Of a DNA stretch of 64,000 bases, positions 38,216 through 51,504 are shown one piece after another. The stretch lies in assembly GCF_009914755.1 (NCBI RefSeq), contig NC_060926.1; one strand, written 5' to 3'. The stretch comes from the human T2T-CHM13v2.0 reference genome, Homo sapiens. The notes beneath the pieces are model-generated. The model searched no databases. It was not told the origin of the DNA and saw nothing but the letters and a program-made list of their open reading frames with translations. Both the position numbers and the translations under genes were made by a program. Every line of letters starts with the position of its first letter. Within the stretch, counting starts at the first letter, position 1.

Positions 38216-39311
38216 TGAGGCATTAAGGAGGAAGTTGACAAGGTTAAAATGTTAAAAGTTAATTATCTAAAGAATAGTTTTCAATTTAAAAATTGTAAGT
38301 AGGTTCTAAGGACAAATCTACTTTCCCTCCATCAGTTCTAATCCTGCATTAGGCAATACTTAGGAGAGCATATAGCAACCACCACAAAATACGGGAAATG
38401 GATTTGACTATCCTCTGAGTCCTTGACAAATGATTTCCGTTGGAAAAAAATAGTCACAGTTCAATTTGTTGTCATAAGATAAAGTATAAAAAATAATTTT
38501 ACTATCAGAACTGAAATTTGTTTCAAACTTCTGGAAGACTCCCTTTTCCATATTTTTGTACTTATTTCTGTGGGTCTTCATCATCACACCCATTACTAAG
38601 CTTTCTTTAAAGGAAAGGAATTTTAACTGCCATTAAATCTTACTTTAAAGACGTCTGTGTTTGTGTTACCTTCTTCATAGGTATGTGTACTTTAAGTATT
38701 TTATCAGTTATTGTAAACTAAATATTTCTCTCCCTCATAAAGAAGTGTTTTGAAGTAGAAAGAACACATATGGGTCTACTATCAATCTAATTTATTTTTA
38801 TTTTATAATTTCCTTTTAATATAAAGTTAAGTCATATCTTATTTCTTATAGTTCATAATTTAAAAGAAATGGACTTATGCCATAAATAAGAAATTTTTGT
38901 ATGGAATGTGTACAGTTCATATGTGTAAAGGTGCATACTCTCATGAAGTGACATTGACAGTAAATGAACAAGGTTGTCATAAATAGATTTTTACCTAGTG
39001 AGAAAACTTGCCTAGACAAGCTTTGGCAGCTTGTTCAAATATGTGTATGAGTGACACAGATTTCTCAATTCACCTCTCTGGATTACTTCAGGGCAAATTG
39101 TCGGGTGGATGTGCAACAGGAGATCAAGATTATCGATTATCTTTTGTTTTTATTTTCAGCTAGTACTAGCACATTTGAGATTTTTCATTCACCATTTTGC
39201 AAAATCTGCTGTGGAAGTGAGGAGAAATATATCAGGTAGAAAGATGGATGCAGGACAAATGCAAGGACACAGGATGAATTGAATAGCTCAAAACATAAAA
39301 GCCCACATAGA

Positions 39312-39579
39312 AGGTGGGCATGGCAATTCATGCCTGTAATCCCAGCACTTTGGGAGGGCTAGGAGGGAGGATTTCTTGAGCCCAGGAGCTCGAGACCAGC
39401 CTGGGCAACATGGCAAGACTCCATATCTACAATAAATACAAAAATTAGCTGAGCGCGTTGGCACACGCCTGTAGTCCTAGGTATTTGGGAGGCCGAGGTG
39501 GGAGGATCACCTGAGCCCAGAAGGTTGAGGCTGCAGTGAGCCATGACAGAGTGAGACCCTGTCTCAAAAAAGAGAAAAA
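39312..39579 (+). mobile_element. AluJ with internal deletion in the right arm
   Basis: gaggctgcagtgagccatga joined directly to cagagtgagacc; TSD-like aaaagcccacatagaa / aaaagaccagctagaa. Confidence 0.9.
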
Positions 39580-39964
39580 GACCAGCTAGAAATGCAGCCC
39601 CTCAAATGAGAAGTCTGCCAAAGAGTTTATTCTCCTCAGTAGTTCATCTTCATTTCTCAACAACTTTCTCTGAATAATCACTTGGGAATCATTGTGTAAA
39701 GAAAAAAGTATGTCACTTACAAACAAAATTCATGATCAAAGAAGAAAGCAAGTACTAAAAAGAATGAGCCAAATAAATATGTGAGATTCTATCTCACAGC
39801 ATTGTTTACTCAGAGAAAAGTTGCTCTCGGGAGGGAATTACAACTTGGATTCTGATACTAGATGAAGCAAAATGTTAAAAGGGGCATACAGTCCTAGCTA
39901 GTCCTGGGCAACATGGAGCAGTAAGAGATGTGTATTTTCTACTCTGATCTTTCCCTTGGCCTTC

Positions 39965-40815
39965 TGCAATTTAGAGATGTTAGTTGCAAGCAACAGAAAA
40001 CCCAACCCAGACGAATTTAATTTTACAAAGAATAAAAAACTTACTGATTCATTTACTGGAGTCCAGGGGCACAACAGACTTCACTCGGAGGCCAAACAGT
40101 GCTCAGGATGCTATTTCTGCATTTTTGTTGTCTCCACTCCACATCCTTGATGCTTGATGCTGGCCCTAATCGCAAGCAGGTTCTCACTCTGTGGTCCTAA
40201 AATGACTGCTGGCAACAATGGGACTGCATGCTTCTTTGTTTCTATTTGCAAAGAAGAGAGGAGTCTATGTTCCAGAATCTCAGCAAAATCCTCTAGGTTC
40301 ACTCCAGCTTGACTAATTTAGATCATGGACAAATATCCTTGGACCAATTCAGGACAATGTAATATGATGAGCTGATTGACAGGGGCCTGAGTTATGGACC
40401 CACTCTGAAACCATTCACTGTGGTCATAAGTAGGTAACAGAGGAGTCTATACTCCAACACTGTCACCAAAATCCTCTAGGTTCCTCTAACTGGACTGACT
40501 TAGAACATGGACCAATAACCTTGGACCAATTCAGGGCAGTGTAATATGATGAGCTGATTGACAGGGGACTGAGTTATGGACCACTCCTAAACCATTCACT
40601 GTGGTCATAAGTAAGTAGTTTTCAGATTGGCCTAATACAATCAAGGTCCATCCCTGGAAGTAGGGGTGGATTCAGTCCCACCCAAACCATATGACTAAGG
40701 GTAAAATCTGTACATGGGGTCTGTAGAAGGTAGGTGTTGCTAAAACAAATAAAAATTCTGTATTAGGAAGAAGGAGAGACAGTGTTGGGCAGCAAGCCAA
40801 GGATGTCCATTGTAG
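39965..40815 (-). mobile_element. Old MLT1 (K/L-like) LTR with 182-bp tandem duplication
   Basis: tagttgcaagcaacagaaaacccaac start; aaaatgactgctggcaac; duplicated block 40257-40438 / 40439-40617. Confidence 0.6.
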
Positions 40816-41002
40816 AGTCTCTTTCTAGATCCCCAATCCTTGACCCCAGTTATCCAGCTAGAATCCCATTTCAAGAAGCCTTAAATTCAGTTAGCCTCTT
40901 GATTCACCTGAATCGATTTAATTAAGAAATAACTCAGAACTCACTTGAAGGCCCACTTGAACGGGCAGGGGGGATGAATTCTTTTGGAAACTTGATTGTC
41001 TA

Positions 41003-41092
41003 CATATGCATATGTGTGTATATATATACACACACACACATACATACATATGCATATATGCATATATCTATATCTATCTATCTATATACACA
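41003..41092. repeat. Compound (TA)/(CA)/(TCTA) microsatellite
   Basis: Read directly. Confidence 0.85.
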
Positions 41093-41111
41093 GTATCTAT
41101 AATTAGGTGGG

Positions 41112-41696
41112 TGTATTACTGAGGGTTTTCTACAGGGACAGAACGAATAGGATATATGTACATATGAAAGGGAGTTTATTAAAGAGAATTGGCTCACGTG
41201 ATCACAAGGTGAAAGTCCACCACAGGCTGTCTGCAAGCTGAGGAAGAAAGAAGCCAGTAGTGGCTCAGTTTGAGTTCCAAAGCCTCAAAAGTAGGGAAGC
41301 CCACAGTGCAGCCTTCAGTCTGTGGTGGAAGGCCCAGGAGCCCCCTGCAAACCACTGGTGTAAATCCAAGAGTCCAGAAGCTGAGGAACCTGGGGTCTGA
41401 TGTCCAAAGGCAGGAGGAATAGAAGAAATCATCCAGCATGGGAGAAAAATGAGAGCCAGAAGACCCAGCAAGCCGGCTGATCCCACCTTCTTCCACCTGC
41501 TTTGTTCTAGTTGCACTGACAGCCGATTAGATGGTGCCCATCCACATTGAGAGTGTGTCTTCCTCTCCCAGTTCACTAACTCAAATGTTAATCTCCTATA
41601 ACAACACCCTCACAGACACACTCAGCAACAATACTTTACCAGCTATCTAGGTATCCTTCAATTCAATCAAGTTGACATCTAATATTAACCATCACA
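41112..41696 (-). mobile_element. MLT2A2-like HERVL solo LTR
   Basis: tgtatta..agggtt.tcta.agggacagaac.aatagga...caagttgaca.ctaatattaaccatcaca; TSD gtggg/atggg. Confidence 0.85.
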
Positions 41697-41799
41697 ATGG
41701 GTTTATCAAAACAGTAGTACATAGCTTCTACAACTAAAGGACAATAAATTATAACAAGGCCACTTTAAATGTAAGATAATAATTTATATAAAATCTGGA

Positions 41800-42326
41800 T
41801 GTATCAGTTTTTGTCGTTGCCATAACAAATCACAATATTAGCAGCTTAAAACAACACCCGCTTATTAGATCACAGGTCAGAATTCTAGCCTGTATAGCTG
41901 GATTCTCATTTAGAATCTCACTGACATACAATTAAGGTATCAGCGGCTGTGGGTTTTATCCAGAGCTTAGGATCCTCTTCCAAGTCCATTGGTTATCGAC
42001 AGAATTTAGTTCCTTGTGGTTGTAGGACCAAGGTCCTCATTTTCCTGACATATGGCCCCCCTCATCTTGAAACTAATATTGAAACTAATCTTAAATGGAC
42101 ATTGAATCTTTTCTATACATTGAATCTCTGTGACTTCCTTCTCTGTTTTTGAGGTTCATGTGATTATATTCGGTCCACAGGCATAATCCAGGATACTCCC
42201 TGTTTTAAGATTCACTCTTTAGTAAGCATAATTACATCTGCAAACTTGCAAACTTGCCATGTTACATGACCACAGGTATAACACCAAGGAGTGAAGACCA
42301 TGGGGGCCAAAATTCTGCCCCCCACA
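41800..42326 (-). mobile_element. MLT1D/E-like MaLR solo LTR
   Basis: tgtatcagttt...ataacaaat...gcttaaaacaacac...agaatttagttccttgtggttgtaggac...aattctgccccccaca; TSD ctgga/gtgga. Confidence 0.7.
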
Positions 42327-44176
42327 GTGGATAAATCTTATTTTTCACACTGGTGAAATCAAGTAGAAATAGAGGAAGCCTATCATAGGGAGGAACCCAA
42401 ATGTGAGTTTTTCAGCTTTCACATTTTGGTAAATAACATTCTTATATCTATTGATATACGTACATACATATGTAAATTACAGAAAGATAAAAGATGCTGA
42501 GACTTTTCATTTGTTCTGATTTAGGCTTATAAAACCTCTGTTCTGCAACCTCGGAATCAGTAATAAGGACACCTTTGAAAGAATCTGCCTGCATTTATCT
42601 TGTGTTTCTTTTTTGTCAGACAGTACAAAGAAAATTAAGGTTTTTCTTCTTCGCTATACATATAATACTCAGAAGTGAAAGCTAAATTAACTTGTCAGAA
42701 TCGTGGCATCTCTTTTCCTGAGCTGCTGTATCCACCTTCCCAAAAGATTTGAAAAAGAAAGAATAAGCCTCCCAACACCTTAACTGGCGGAACAGCACAT
42801 ACACAGCAATCCTGCCCTCTAACATTGCTTCCTGTCATTACTGGTGGTGTTTTTATCCATCTGGGTGAGCACACGCTTTCACCATTTGTCAAGAAATGTC
42901 TACAGTGCAGAACATCAATTGTTCCATAAGGTAGGGCCCATCAGGTTGCAAAGAGGAAGCAAAGCAGAGTGGCTAATTACCATGTACCAAATTCATCTTT
43001 TTCAGGAAGACAAAAAAAAATTAAAAGAGGCAAAGTAGTTGGCAATTCTAGTGTCGCCTGTAAGTTAATTTTCACTTTCCCACTACTGGCTTGTTAGTAT
43101 TCTACTGTCTAAGAAAGTGATGTTCCCAGAAGCATCTCAAACATTGGAGCAGATCCTCTCAATGTGTAAGCTTTCCCTTGGGTCTAAATTATTTACCTTT
43201 GAAAGCTGCATAAACTCCTTCCAGAGGCTAAGAGACTGAGTGTAAATTGCAAAGTGCTTCTTTCACTTACTAAGTATAATTCGAGGGATTTGATGTACTT
43301 CTACCTACTGAAAAAGACTGACATTCACTTTCTTAAGCCTCCTCTTCCTCCCCCTGCAAATACACACACTAGAGCTTAGCTTTTCTAGCTAAGTTACACT
43401 TCGTGTACAATCCCATACCTGCCTGTTAACTCCTTTATTTTGGAATGCCATGGATTTGATTTTTCCAGTACTTACTTGCTTGTGTTGCTGAATTATTTGG
43501 TAAAGTTCCTTACTTTGCCCTATGCCAGTGTTTTCCATCTTTCCAACTGAACCCACAAAATGCACAGAAATAGAGATCACACTTTTTATTACTAATTATT
43601 GTCAATTAATGTAATTGGATCAATCATTGTTTTAGCATCTTTTTAAAATAAAAGACAAAATCACTGAATTATGAGTTCTAAGGTTCTTCATAAAAAATTA
43701 GTAAGAAAACTGGAGAAGCCACTTCCTCATTATGAATTCATAGTTTTCGAATGTCTTCTGGGTTTCAGATACTCCTCCAGATTCCCTTGGCTTCTACTTT
43801 ATCCAGCTAAACCATTGTTTAACCTGTTCAGCTAGTTTCATTTTTTTGTCTTCTAGACTGTTAAATCAGCCCACATTCTGCTCTAAAAAGTAAATTCTCC
43901 TGTAAAAATGGCTTACTTGCTTGTCTGGCTTTGCACTAGAAGGAACCTTATGGTTTATCAGATGTATAAAATACCTCCTTCCAAAGGATAAATTCTTCCT
44001 TAGAGCAACATTTTATCATGATTTCAGCAGTAGGAAGAGAGGAAAGAACAATGAGTATCAAAAAACCTGGAGAGAGGTTCATGTCTTAGTAGGAAAGAAA
44101 TATTAGCTAATTTATAAAATAATTTGGGTTTATATTTCATTTTTTGCAGTTTATATTACATAGAAAGGAAATCTAT

Positions 44177-44528
<352 letters not shown>

Positions 44529-44731
44529 CTACCTATAAGTTTATGTGTTGGTAGGTTCAATAAGCTACTATACGCAGGGCATAGTACACTATGTTGGTGG
44601 AAAGCAAAGTTGACACATTTTTTCTTTGGAATGTAGCATTTCATTTATCTATGTACATTTTTAAGTGAAAGTTTCATAACAAGAGGGGCTTCTGTATCAT
44701 GATTGAAAGTGTCAACACATGAAAATATTTA

Positions 44732-45243
44732 CTTTATCATTTATCTTTGCCACAACAATGTTATGTAATAAGCAAACACAAACCTCAGGGACACCCACAC
44801 CATTCAGTTTTGTTCAGGAGTCTGTGGGCTGGCTGGGTGGTTCTAAATTGGCTGATGTGGACTGAGCTTACGCATGTGTCTGTGATCAGGTACAGGTTGG
44901 CTAGGAGTTGGCCAGTTAAGGAAGGCCTCAGTTGGGCTGACTAACTCTGTTCCATTTGGTCTCTTGCCCTCCAGCAGACAGGCCTGGCTTATTCTCATGG
45001 TGGATATAAATGTCCAAGAACAGCAGAGGCACACAAAGATTCTTGAGGTTTAAGGTCAGAATCAGCACATCATCATTTCTGCCATATCCTGTTGGCCAAA
45101 GCAAACCATGAGGCCATCTCAGTTTAAGGGTGAAGAAAGAAATCATGTTCTGATGAGAGGAAATGCAAAGTCACTTTGCAAGAGGTGAATATATGGGAGT
45201 GCGGGGAATAATTGTAATCATTTTTTGCAGTCAATCTGCCATA
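44732..45243 (-). mobile_element. MLT1H-like MaLR LTR
   Basis: ctccagcagacaggcctggcttattctcatgg, catttctgccatatcctgttggccaaagcaa, tgcaaagtcac..tgcaa. Confidence 0.7.
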
Positions 45244-46604
45244 CCAATCTCCTGACATTCTTGAAGCAATTCAAACACATTTTCCTTTACTACATCAAAT
45301 GAGGTAAAAAAAATATTTAATTTAAACAAATAATTCATCATGACTAAAGAAAAAAATGCCATACATTTGCCAGTGGGTCATGTTTGGTACACAATGCTAG
45401 CCTAATTTTCTCTTTTCCTAACATAAATAAATTTCAAAACCTCATGAAGTTCGACCAAGTAAGATTTTTGCATCTTACTTACCACTACATGTCTGTGTCT
45501 TGTTCATTTGTTTTTGAAGCTAATAGCAACAAAATCTTCATGGAGGGAAAATAAAAACATTGTTTCTATAAGATATGTATATATACATCCTCCTCTAACT
45601 AAAGGTAGTAATACCTAAGTCTGTCTTGACTTTCAGTGAGTCTTGGGACTAACCATATAACTGCATCTGCTCATAAACTCCAGGGCTATTCTATATAATT
45701 GCAGGCTTACAGACCCCTACTCCTGTTCCCTATTGAGAAATTCTATTCCCTATTCTCATTATAAAAAGTGCACAAAAATCTTAAATTACTGAGTCCCACA
45801 TTTATTTCTACATGTGTAACTAATTAGACTTAGCATGATATTTTTAATGCAGTACATCAAGACAATGGCTGGAAATATTTCATTCCAGATATTTTCTTAA
45901 CTATATAAATATTTGAGATCTAGATGGTTTTGAGAGAGCATCTTTTGTTGCTAGCAAACATGTCCTCCCTAAAGAAGAAAACCTTTTACAGGGACTAAGA
46001 ATAGAGTATACCACTTATACTGAAATTGAGAAAGACATGAACTTTCAAGTCACTGGGGCTCTTATTTAGTACATTAAAGAGTAACTTATGAAACAAATGT
46101 TGCCTTTAACGTGTCCACATGGTGCCATATGGGCTTATGCAGAACCCTGTCCTTGTAAACAAGAATGAAATGTGACTTATCCACACTGGGTATATACCTT
46201 AAGAATAGTGTTTCATCCCAGATTCCCAATAAAAAGTTCCTTTAGGGAAATGAGTGCTAACAGAAAATGCCTTTCTTTAAAATATACTATAGTAAAAAGC
46301 TTTCTTATGTCAAGCAAATAGCTATGCCAGTCAGACAAAGACTCCTATTGAGAAAGAATTCACAATGCCTTAGGTGGTCCCGTTTTCAGCTTCCTGACTT
46401 TTAACTCCTACGACATTTATGCGAGAAAAAGAACATTGATAAGTCACCCACATTAGTAGAATCCCTCTAGGGAGAGCTCTAACTTTTTTCTACAACTGCG
46501 GAAAGAGTAAATAACAATTCAAGCAGTGATCAGCATACTCTTACAGGTTTTTGCCTGTTGTTTTGATAACCATGTCAAATAGCTCACAGTGTCTACTAAA
46601 TGAC

Positions 46605-47010
46605 AGGGTGGTCTGGTAGTAAAAGCATAAGCATAAGTTAGAGCATCTTTCAATGATTGGCTTTGAGACTTTGAAAAATTCACTTAACCACCTCAATTCA
46701 GGAATCTTTAAAAGGAGGCAATGGGGTCACCTCTATGAACTTCAGATTAATGGTGTAAACATCAAATAAGTGAATCAATGTCTAAATGTTTCTAAAGGTG
46801 CTATGAAATTTAGAAGATCACTATGATCATTAGAAGGGAGGTAGAACAATGTGGTAGGAAAAGTATTGAATTAGAAACCAGGTGACCTGGATTTCTAATC
46901 TCAGCTCTGCTCCAAACTAGCTGGATATCTTTGGGCATTTTCACACTCTGGGATAAAGTATACTAATTGAGCAGCCACATAAAATTGCAGCAAGAATAAA
47001 ATGGGGTGCT
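46605..47010 (+). mobile_element. Two adjacent MIR remnants
   Basis: tcacttaaccacctc (46680); gaattagaaaccaggtgacctggatttctaatctcagctctgc..actagctg (46868). Confidence 0.5.
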
Positions 47011-47019
47011 GGGAAGCAA

Positions 47020-47335
47020 GAATGAATAAAGCAGTCTTTGCCCTGGAGGAGTTCAGTGTTTAGTGGGAGAGATGGAGGTGTAAAGAGATGAAGATGATAT
47101 AGTGTGATGGATTATAAGGGGCACTATGAACTCCAATTGCTGAACATGGAGGAGGAGCGATTCATGCTGCCTGGGGGAGTTAGGTGAGTTCCACAGAGAA
47201 GGTGACATTTTAGCTGGGTCTTGAAGGATGAATAGGCATTTCCCAGACAGCAGAGAGGAAAGAGACAGGAGATGGGAATGGAAAGGTTGAGCTGTGAAGG
47301 ACTTTTCATGTCATGCTGAGGAATTTGGATACAAA
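47020..47335 (-). mobile_element. L2 remnant
   Basis: ccctggaggagttcagtgtttagtgggagagat...cacagagaaggtgacattttagctgggtcttgaaggatgaatagg. Confidence 0.7.
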
Positions 47336-49349
47336 GGGACAGGTGACAGCATAAATGTCTGTTGATTGCATGGAGCAGGCATCTACAGATTTGGTACTGT
47401 TAATGGCTCATTCCCAGGTCTGGCTTCCCATTGCCACATGTGGAAGGTAGAAGTATTTTAGACCTAGCGTGACTCCCAACCTCTGGAGCTTTCTTGCCTC
47501 TGCATTCAATTACCTGCCTTCTATTTGCAGGGTTCCCATGTGCTAAGAGCAAATATGCTAGTACCAGTAATGACCTTAGGTTTGTATTCATGTTTGGAAT
47601 CAAGGGAATGTGGGAAGGAGGATGGGCTTTCAAGAGCTCCAATACAATTCCAGCATCTTGTCATTGTTGTTACAAAATAGCTCTGACCCTCAGCTTCAAC
47701 TGTATCTTGTGATAAGATCCTATCGCCCTCTCTCCCTAATCTGATTTCTCATAGAAAAGTTTTTATCCTGACTTCGTAGAGTTTGCACCTTAGAACTTAT
47801 AAGAATTTTGAGTTCTTTCTTAAGGCTTATCAGCCACTTGGATCCAAAAGCTTGTCTTCTGCTGATAAACTATCCTGAAAATAGCCACTGAGCCATCTGA
47901 TTAAATGCTAAACACTGCCCTCTGGGATTTCTGCTACAGATCACTACCATGCTCCATCCACCAAGGCAATGTTGCAGTTCCTATTGGGCCTCCATGACCC
48001 GGGCTGCAGACCAAGAGTCTTTTGCTGCACACCTCAAATATTGTTCTACCTTCTAGACTGGATTCTATCCCCATACCTAAAAGTAAGTTTATTCCCATAA
48101 CCTGCTTCACTCCTTCAGGTAAGTCAAGTTTCAGGTCTTAGACCCTGCAGTTTCTCCTTCCACCTTACCGGTTAGCCAGGCCCTGCCTACAAGATATGAC
48201 ATGCACTGCAAAACAAAAACAGACAAAACAAAAAAACCTGTCTCATAATAGGTAAGAAGTTCTTCAAACTCAAACACTCAAGACCCCTAATAAAGTTGAA
48301 AAGATTTCCCAGCAGGTAAATTGATATAAATAATCATTACCATGAATACATTTGCCAATACCTGCTTACAGTTTAGTTTATCCATCACAGTTCATCTATC
48401 ACATGCCAAGACCTTGGGAGCAAGACTAATAATATCTTTTGAGGGGCCTACAACAGCCTTACAAGGTAAATGTTATTATACCTATTCACAAATGTGGAAG
48501 CTGAAACAGAATCTAATGTGCCCAAGTAAAGCAACCAGTTAATAAATGAAAAAACTGTAATCATCCTCCCATCTTCCACTCATTCTTTGTGTGTGTGTCT
48601 AATAACTAGTACTGATGATTATATGAATCATTTTATAGCACAGAAAGCTAAACAACTCAACATATAACATCACTGTTCTGATTTTACATGAGGAAATTCT
48701 TCCTGATCTTGTCCTTCCATAGGTTCTAGTCTCATTGTATATTTCTTAGGCAACCCTATTCTCTAAACTCTTCCTCATGTCCTCTCCTTTTTTTTTCAGA
48801 GTAACTGGCTCCTCAACCCAGTACTATTTTATAAACAGGTTGGTTTCAATAGAAGCATCAGAAGATAAGAAGAAGAAAGTAAGAAATGGTACAGCATGAG
48901 GCATACCAAGATCATAGGCCACACATACATCCTCAGTTGTGAGTGAATGTGCATTGTAGGGGTGGGGGTAGAGTTAAAAAACAACACAAGAGTTTCACAA
49001 CTGTGAGGAGAGTCAGTGCCTGGCTATCTATGAGTGGGTGTGTAGATGATTGAATAACTAAACTGGTGTAAGAGAACTGTGCAATTGGAAAGACAGGGTC
49101 ATGGCCCATGAGTTAGATTCTGTCACTAGAATAATCTAGGTGAGAGGGAAAAAGAATAGTGCCATCTTTCAGTGCCTCCACCCAATTAACCCTATATCAA
49201 TCTGCTTTTTGAAACTCCCTTCCTTTTTTTTTCTTTTGCCTGCCTGGCATCTCTGAAGAAAATGACAAGGTTATCCTGTTTGGAATAGTAAAATCATATG
49301 CTTCTCATCCTCTATGGCCCCTTTCCTTTCACTTAGTCCCTCACTTTCC

Positions 49350-50090
49350 CATTACCACATTGCATGCCCATCACCACTCCTGGCAATCTCCCTTCCCTTC
49401 CACAGTCTCACCTCCTCATGCTTGGCAGAAGCCTTGCTTCTGATGCCAAGGTTGTATTGTTATGCAAGAATACATCAAAGTCCCTCCTGTTCACCCCACT
49501 GCATTTGCCCATATATTTATCTCTTCCAGCTCAGGTGAAGCCTTGTCTCTTCTGCTTTCCAAGGCTGACGCTTCCATCTACACTCAAGCTTTCTATCCTT
49601 CTCTATGGTCTAAAAACTTGATTTTCAAGAACTTCTTTTTGTAGTTTGAATCTTTCTCTCTTTAACCACTCATTCTTTCCAACCAACAAACATATTCAAG
49701 TATCTCCGACCTCCAAAACAATGTCTTCATTTCTTGTTTCCCTTTGAGCTGTCACAGTTTTTTCTTATTTTCCTTTACCTGTATTGTTTGAAAAAATAAT
49801 TTATATTCTCAGCCACAGCTTCATTAGTTTTCATTCATTTCTCAACCTGGTTACTTTTTTTCCCAATCTGAGTTTTATTTCTATTTATTTTGTATCCATA
49901 TACAATAGTTGTACATATTGGGGGGGTATATGTGATATTTTGATACCTGTATGCAATATATAATGATCAAATCAGGGCATTTGGAATATCCATCACCTCA
50001 ACCATTTTTCTTTTTTAAATCCAGTTTCTGTTCCCATTATAGTGTTGCTAAAATTGTTCTTGATGATGTCATCACTTGTTTAAACTCAAG
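49350..50090 (+). mobile_element. L2 ORF2 (RT region) remnant interrupted by L1MA
   Basis: Pyrimidine-rich L2 body; aatccagtttctgttcccattat...aaattgttctt resembles the QSGF.P.HSTETAL block. Confidence 0.5.
49855..50015 (-). mobile_element. L1MA4-like 3' end
   Basis: atagttgtacatattgggggg.tatatgtgatattttgatacctgtat...tgatcaaatcaggg...atatccatcacctcaa. Confidence 0.8.
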
Positions 50091-50289
50091 TAGAATCTCA
50101 GGCCTGCTTCATCCTCAGAAACACAAAGCTGGAGAAGGCAAGAAGCCCATTTCTCAGGCTGGACTAAGAGGATTAGCAAAATGGCCTAGACACAAACACA
50201 AATAGTAGTCAATATTAGAAGAATATGTCTGTAAGATAGAAGTTGTGCATATATATATATACATATTCAAAAATACTTTTGAGGAATTT

Positions 50290-50560
50290 AAATCAAATTA
50301 AAAAATACATGTGACATGTTGAGTGAGAAAACACTACAAACTAGAGATGAAGTTCAAGTCCATTATCTATATATATGTACATAATAGAGAAACTCTAGAA
50401 AAAAAATTAAAAGAACGTTTACCAAAATGTTAATTTTAACAGTCTCTTTATATGTGGAATTATGAGTGGCCTTGATTTTATATTTATAAATCTTTCATTA
50501 TTTTGAAGTGTTGTCTAATCAATCTGCATTAATCTTTTTTTCAGCAAAACATGTTATAAA
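50290..50560 (+). mobile_element. L1ME 3' end
   Basis: atgttgagtgagaaaa...accaaaatgttaa..aacagtctct...ggaattatgagtg. Confidence 0.45.
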
Positions 50561-50649
50561 GAAAATATCATTTTTAACTTTCTCAACCTCTCATTTTTTA
50601 AATAGTCCAGTTTCCACTCTAGGTTTATTTTCTTCTTGCTTTAAATCTG

Positions 50650-50750
50650 TTCACAAATTTAAGATTGTGCATTAGAATCATCATGGTGCTAGGAAAAAAA
50701 TAAAACAGCAGACTCTGGACTTCGGCCCCCAGAGATTTCATATTCTTTAG

Positions 50751-50810
<60 letters not shown>

Positions 50811-51013
50811 CTTTCTTCCCTTCTTTCTTTCTTTTCCACTCTCCCTCGCTCCCTCCCTCCCTCCCTCCTTCCCTCCTTCCCTCCCCTCCCCTCCCCTTCC
50901 TTCTCTCTTTCCTTCCTTCCTTCCTTACTTCCTTCTTTCTTTCTTTCTTTCTTAACAAGCTCTCCTGTTGGTTCTGATGCAGTAGGTGACCCATGTATCA
51001 TACTAGAAACACT
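50650..51013. mobile_element. MER5A-type hAT MITE split by a polypyrimidine STR
   Basis: tgcattagaatca..tgg..ct...gcagactctgg...cccccagagatttc on the left; ttaacaagctctcc..gttggttctgatgca...agaaacact on the right. Confidence 0.6.
50752..50953. repeat. Polypyrimidine tract (CTTT)14-(CCCT/CCTT)n-(CTTT)n
   Basis: About 200 bp with only 3 purines. Confidence 0.95.
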
Positions 51014-51504
51014 CATGGGACTTCAATTATTATTCTCAATATATAATATTAGCTATTGTTCCCTTACCCATGGAAGCCTAGGAAAAATAATGGATGGTAA
51101 AAAAGGTAGAATAATAGTCACCTTTGTGATGATTTTGGCCATTGATCAGATTTTAAAAATAGAATCTACAGAAGACCAAAGTCCAATCCAGGAGACAAGA
51201 AAAAGGCTAGGTTGCTAAATCCAAGGAATAAGCAAAGAATTGCAACATAACACTGAGTGGCTAATGCAAAAGCTGTTGTTCAGATCCAGGATGAGAGATT
51301 ATCATACAGATATTTCCATACTAAATTAAAGGAGCAGGAGTAGTCAGGACGGCTAATGAATAAAAAATGTATGCTGTAAATAGTCAGAGGAAATAGGTCT
51401 AGAGAAATTCTCAAGCTTTATAATGAGCAATTACAGTGGTTTTTTTGAGCTCCCAGGGATAAGCAAAAGAAAAGTGGATGGAAAGTTTCTGAAATACTTC
51501 TCTA

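Noticed and set aside
49455-49469. SOX-OCT composite-like TATTGTTATGCAAGA
   Set aside because: The octamer half is imperfect and it lies in a decayed L2
50689-51016. Lys/Glu/Arg-rich ORFs
   Set aside because: Translation of the (CTTT)n tract
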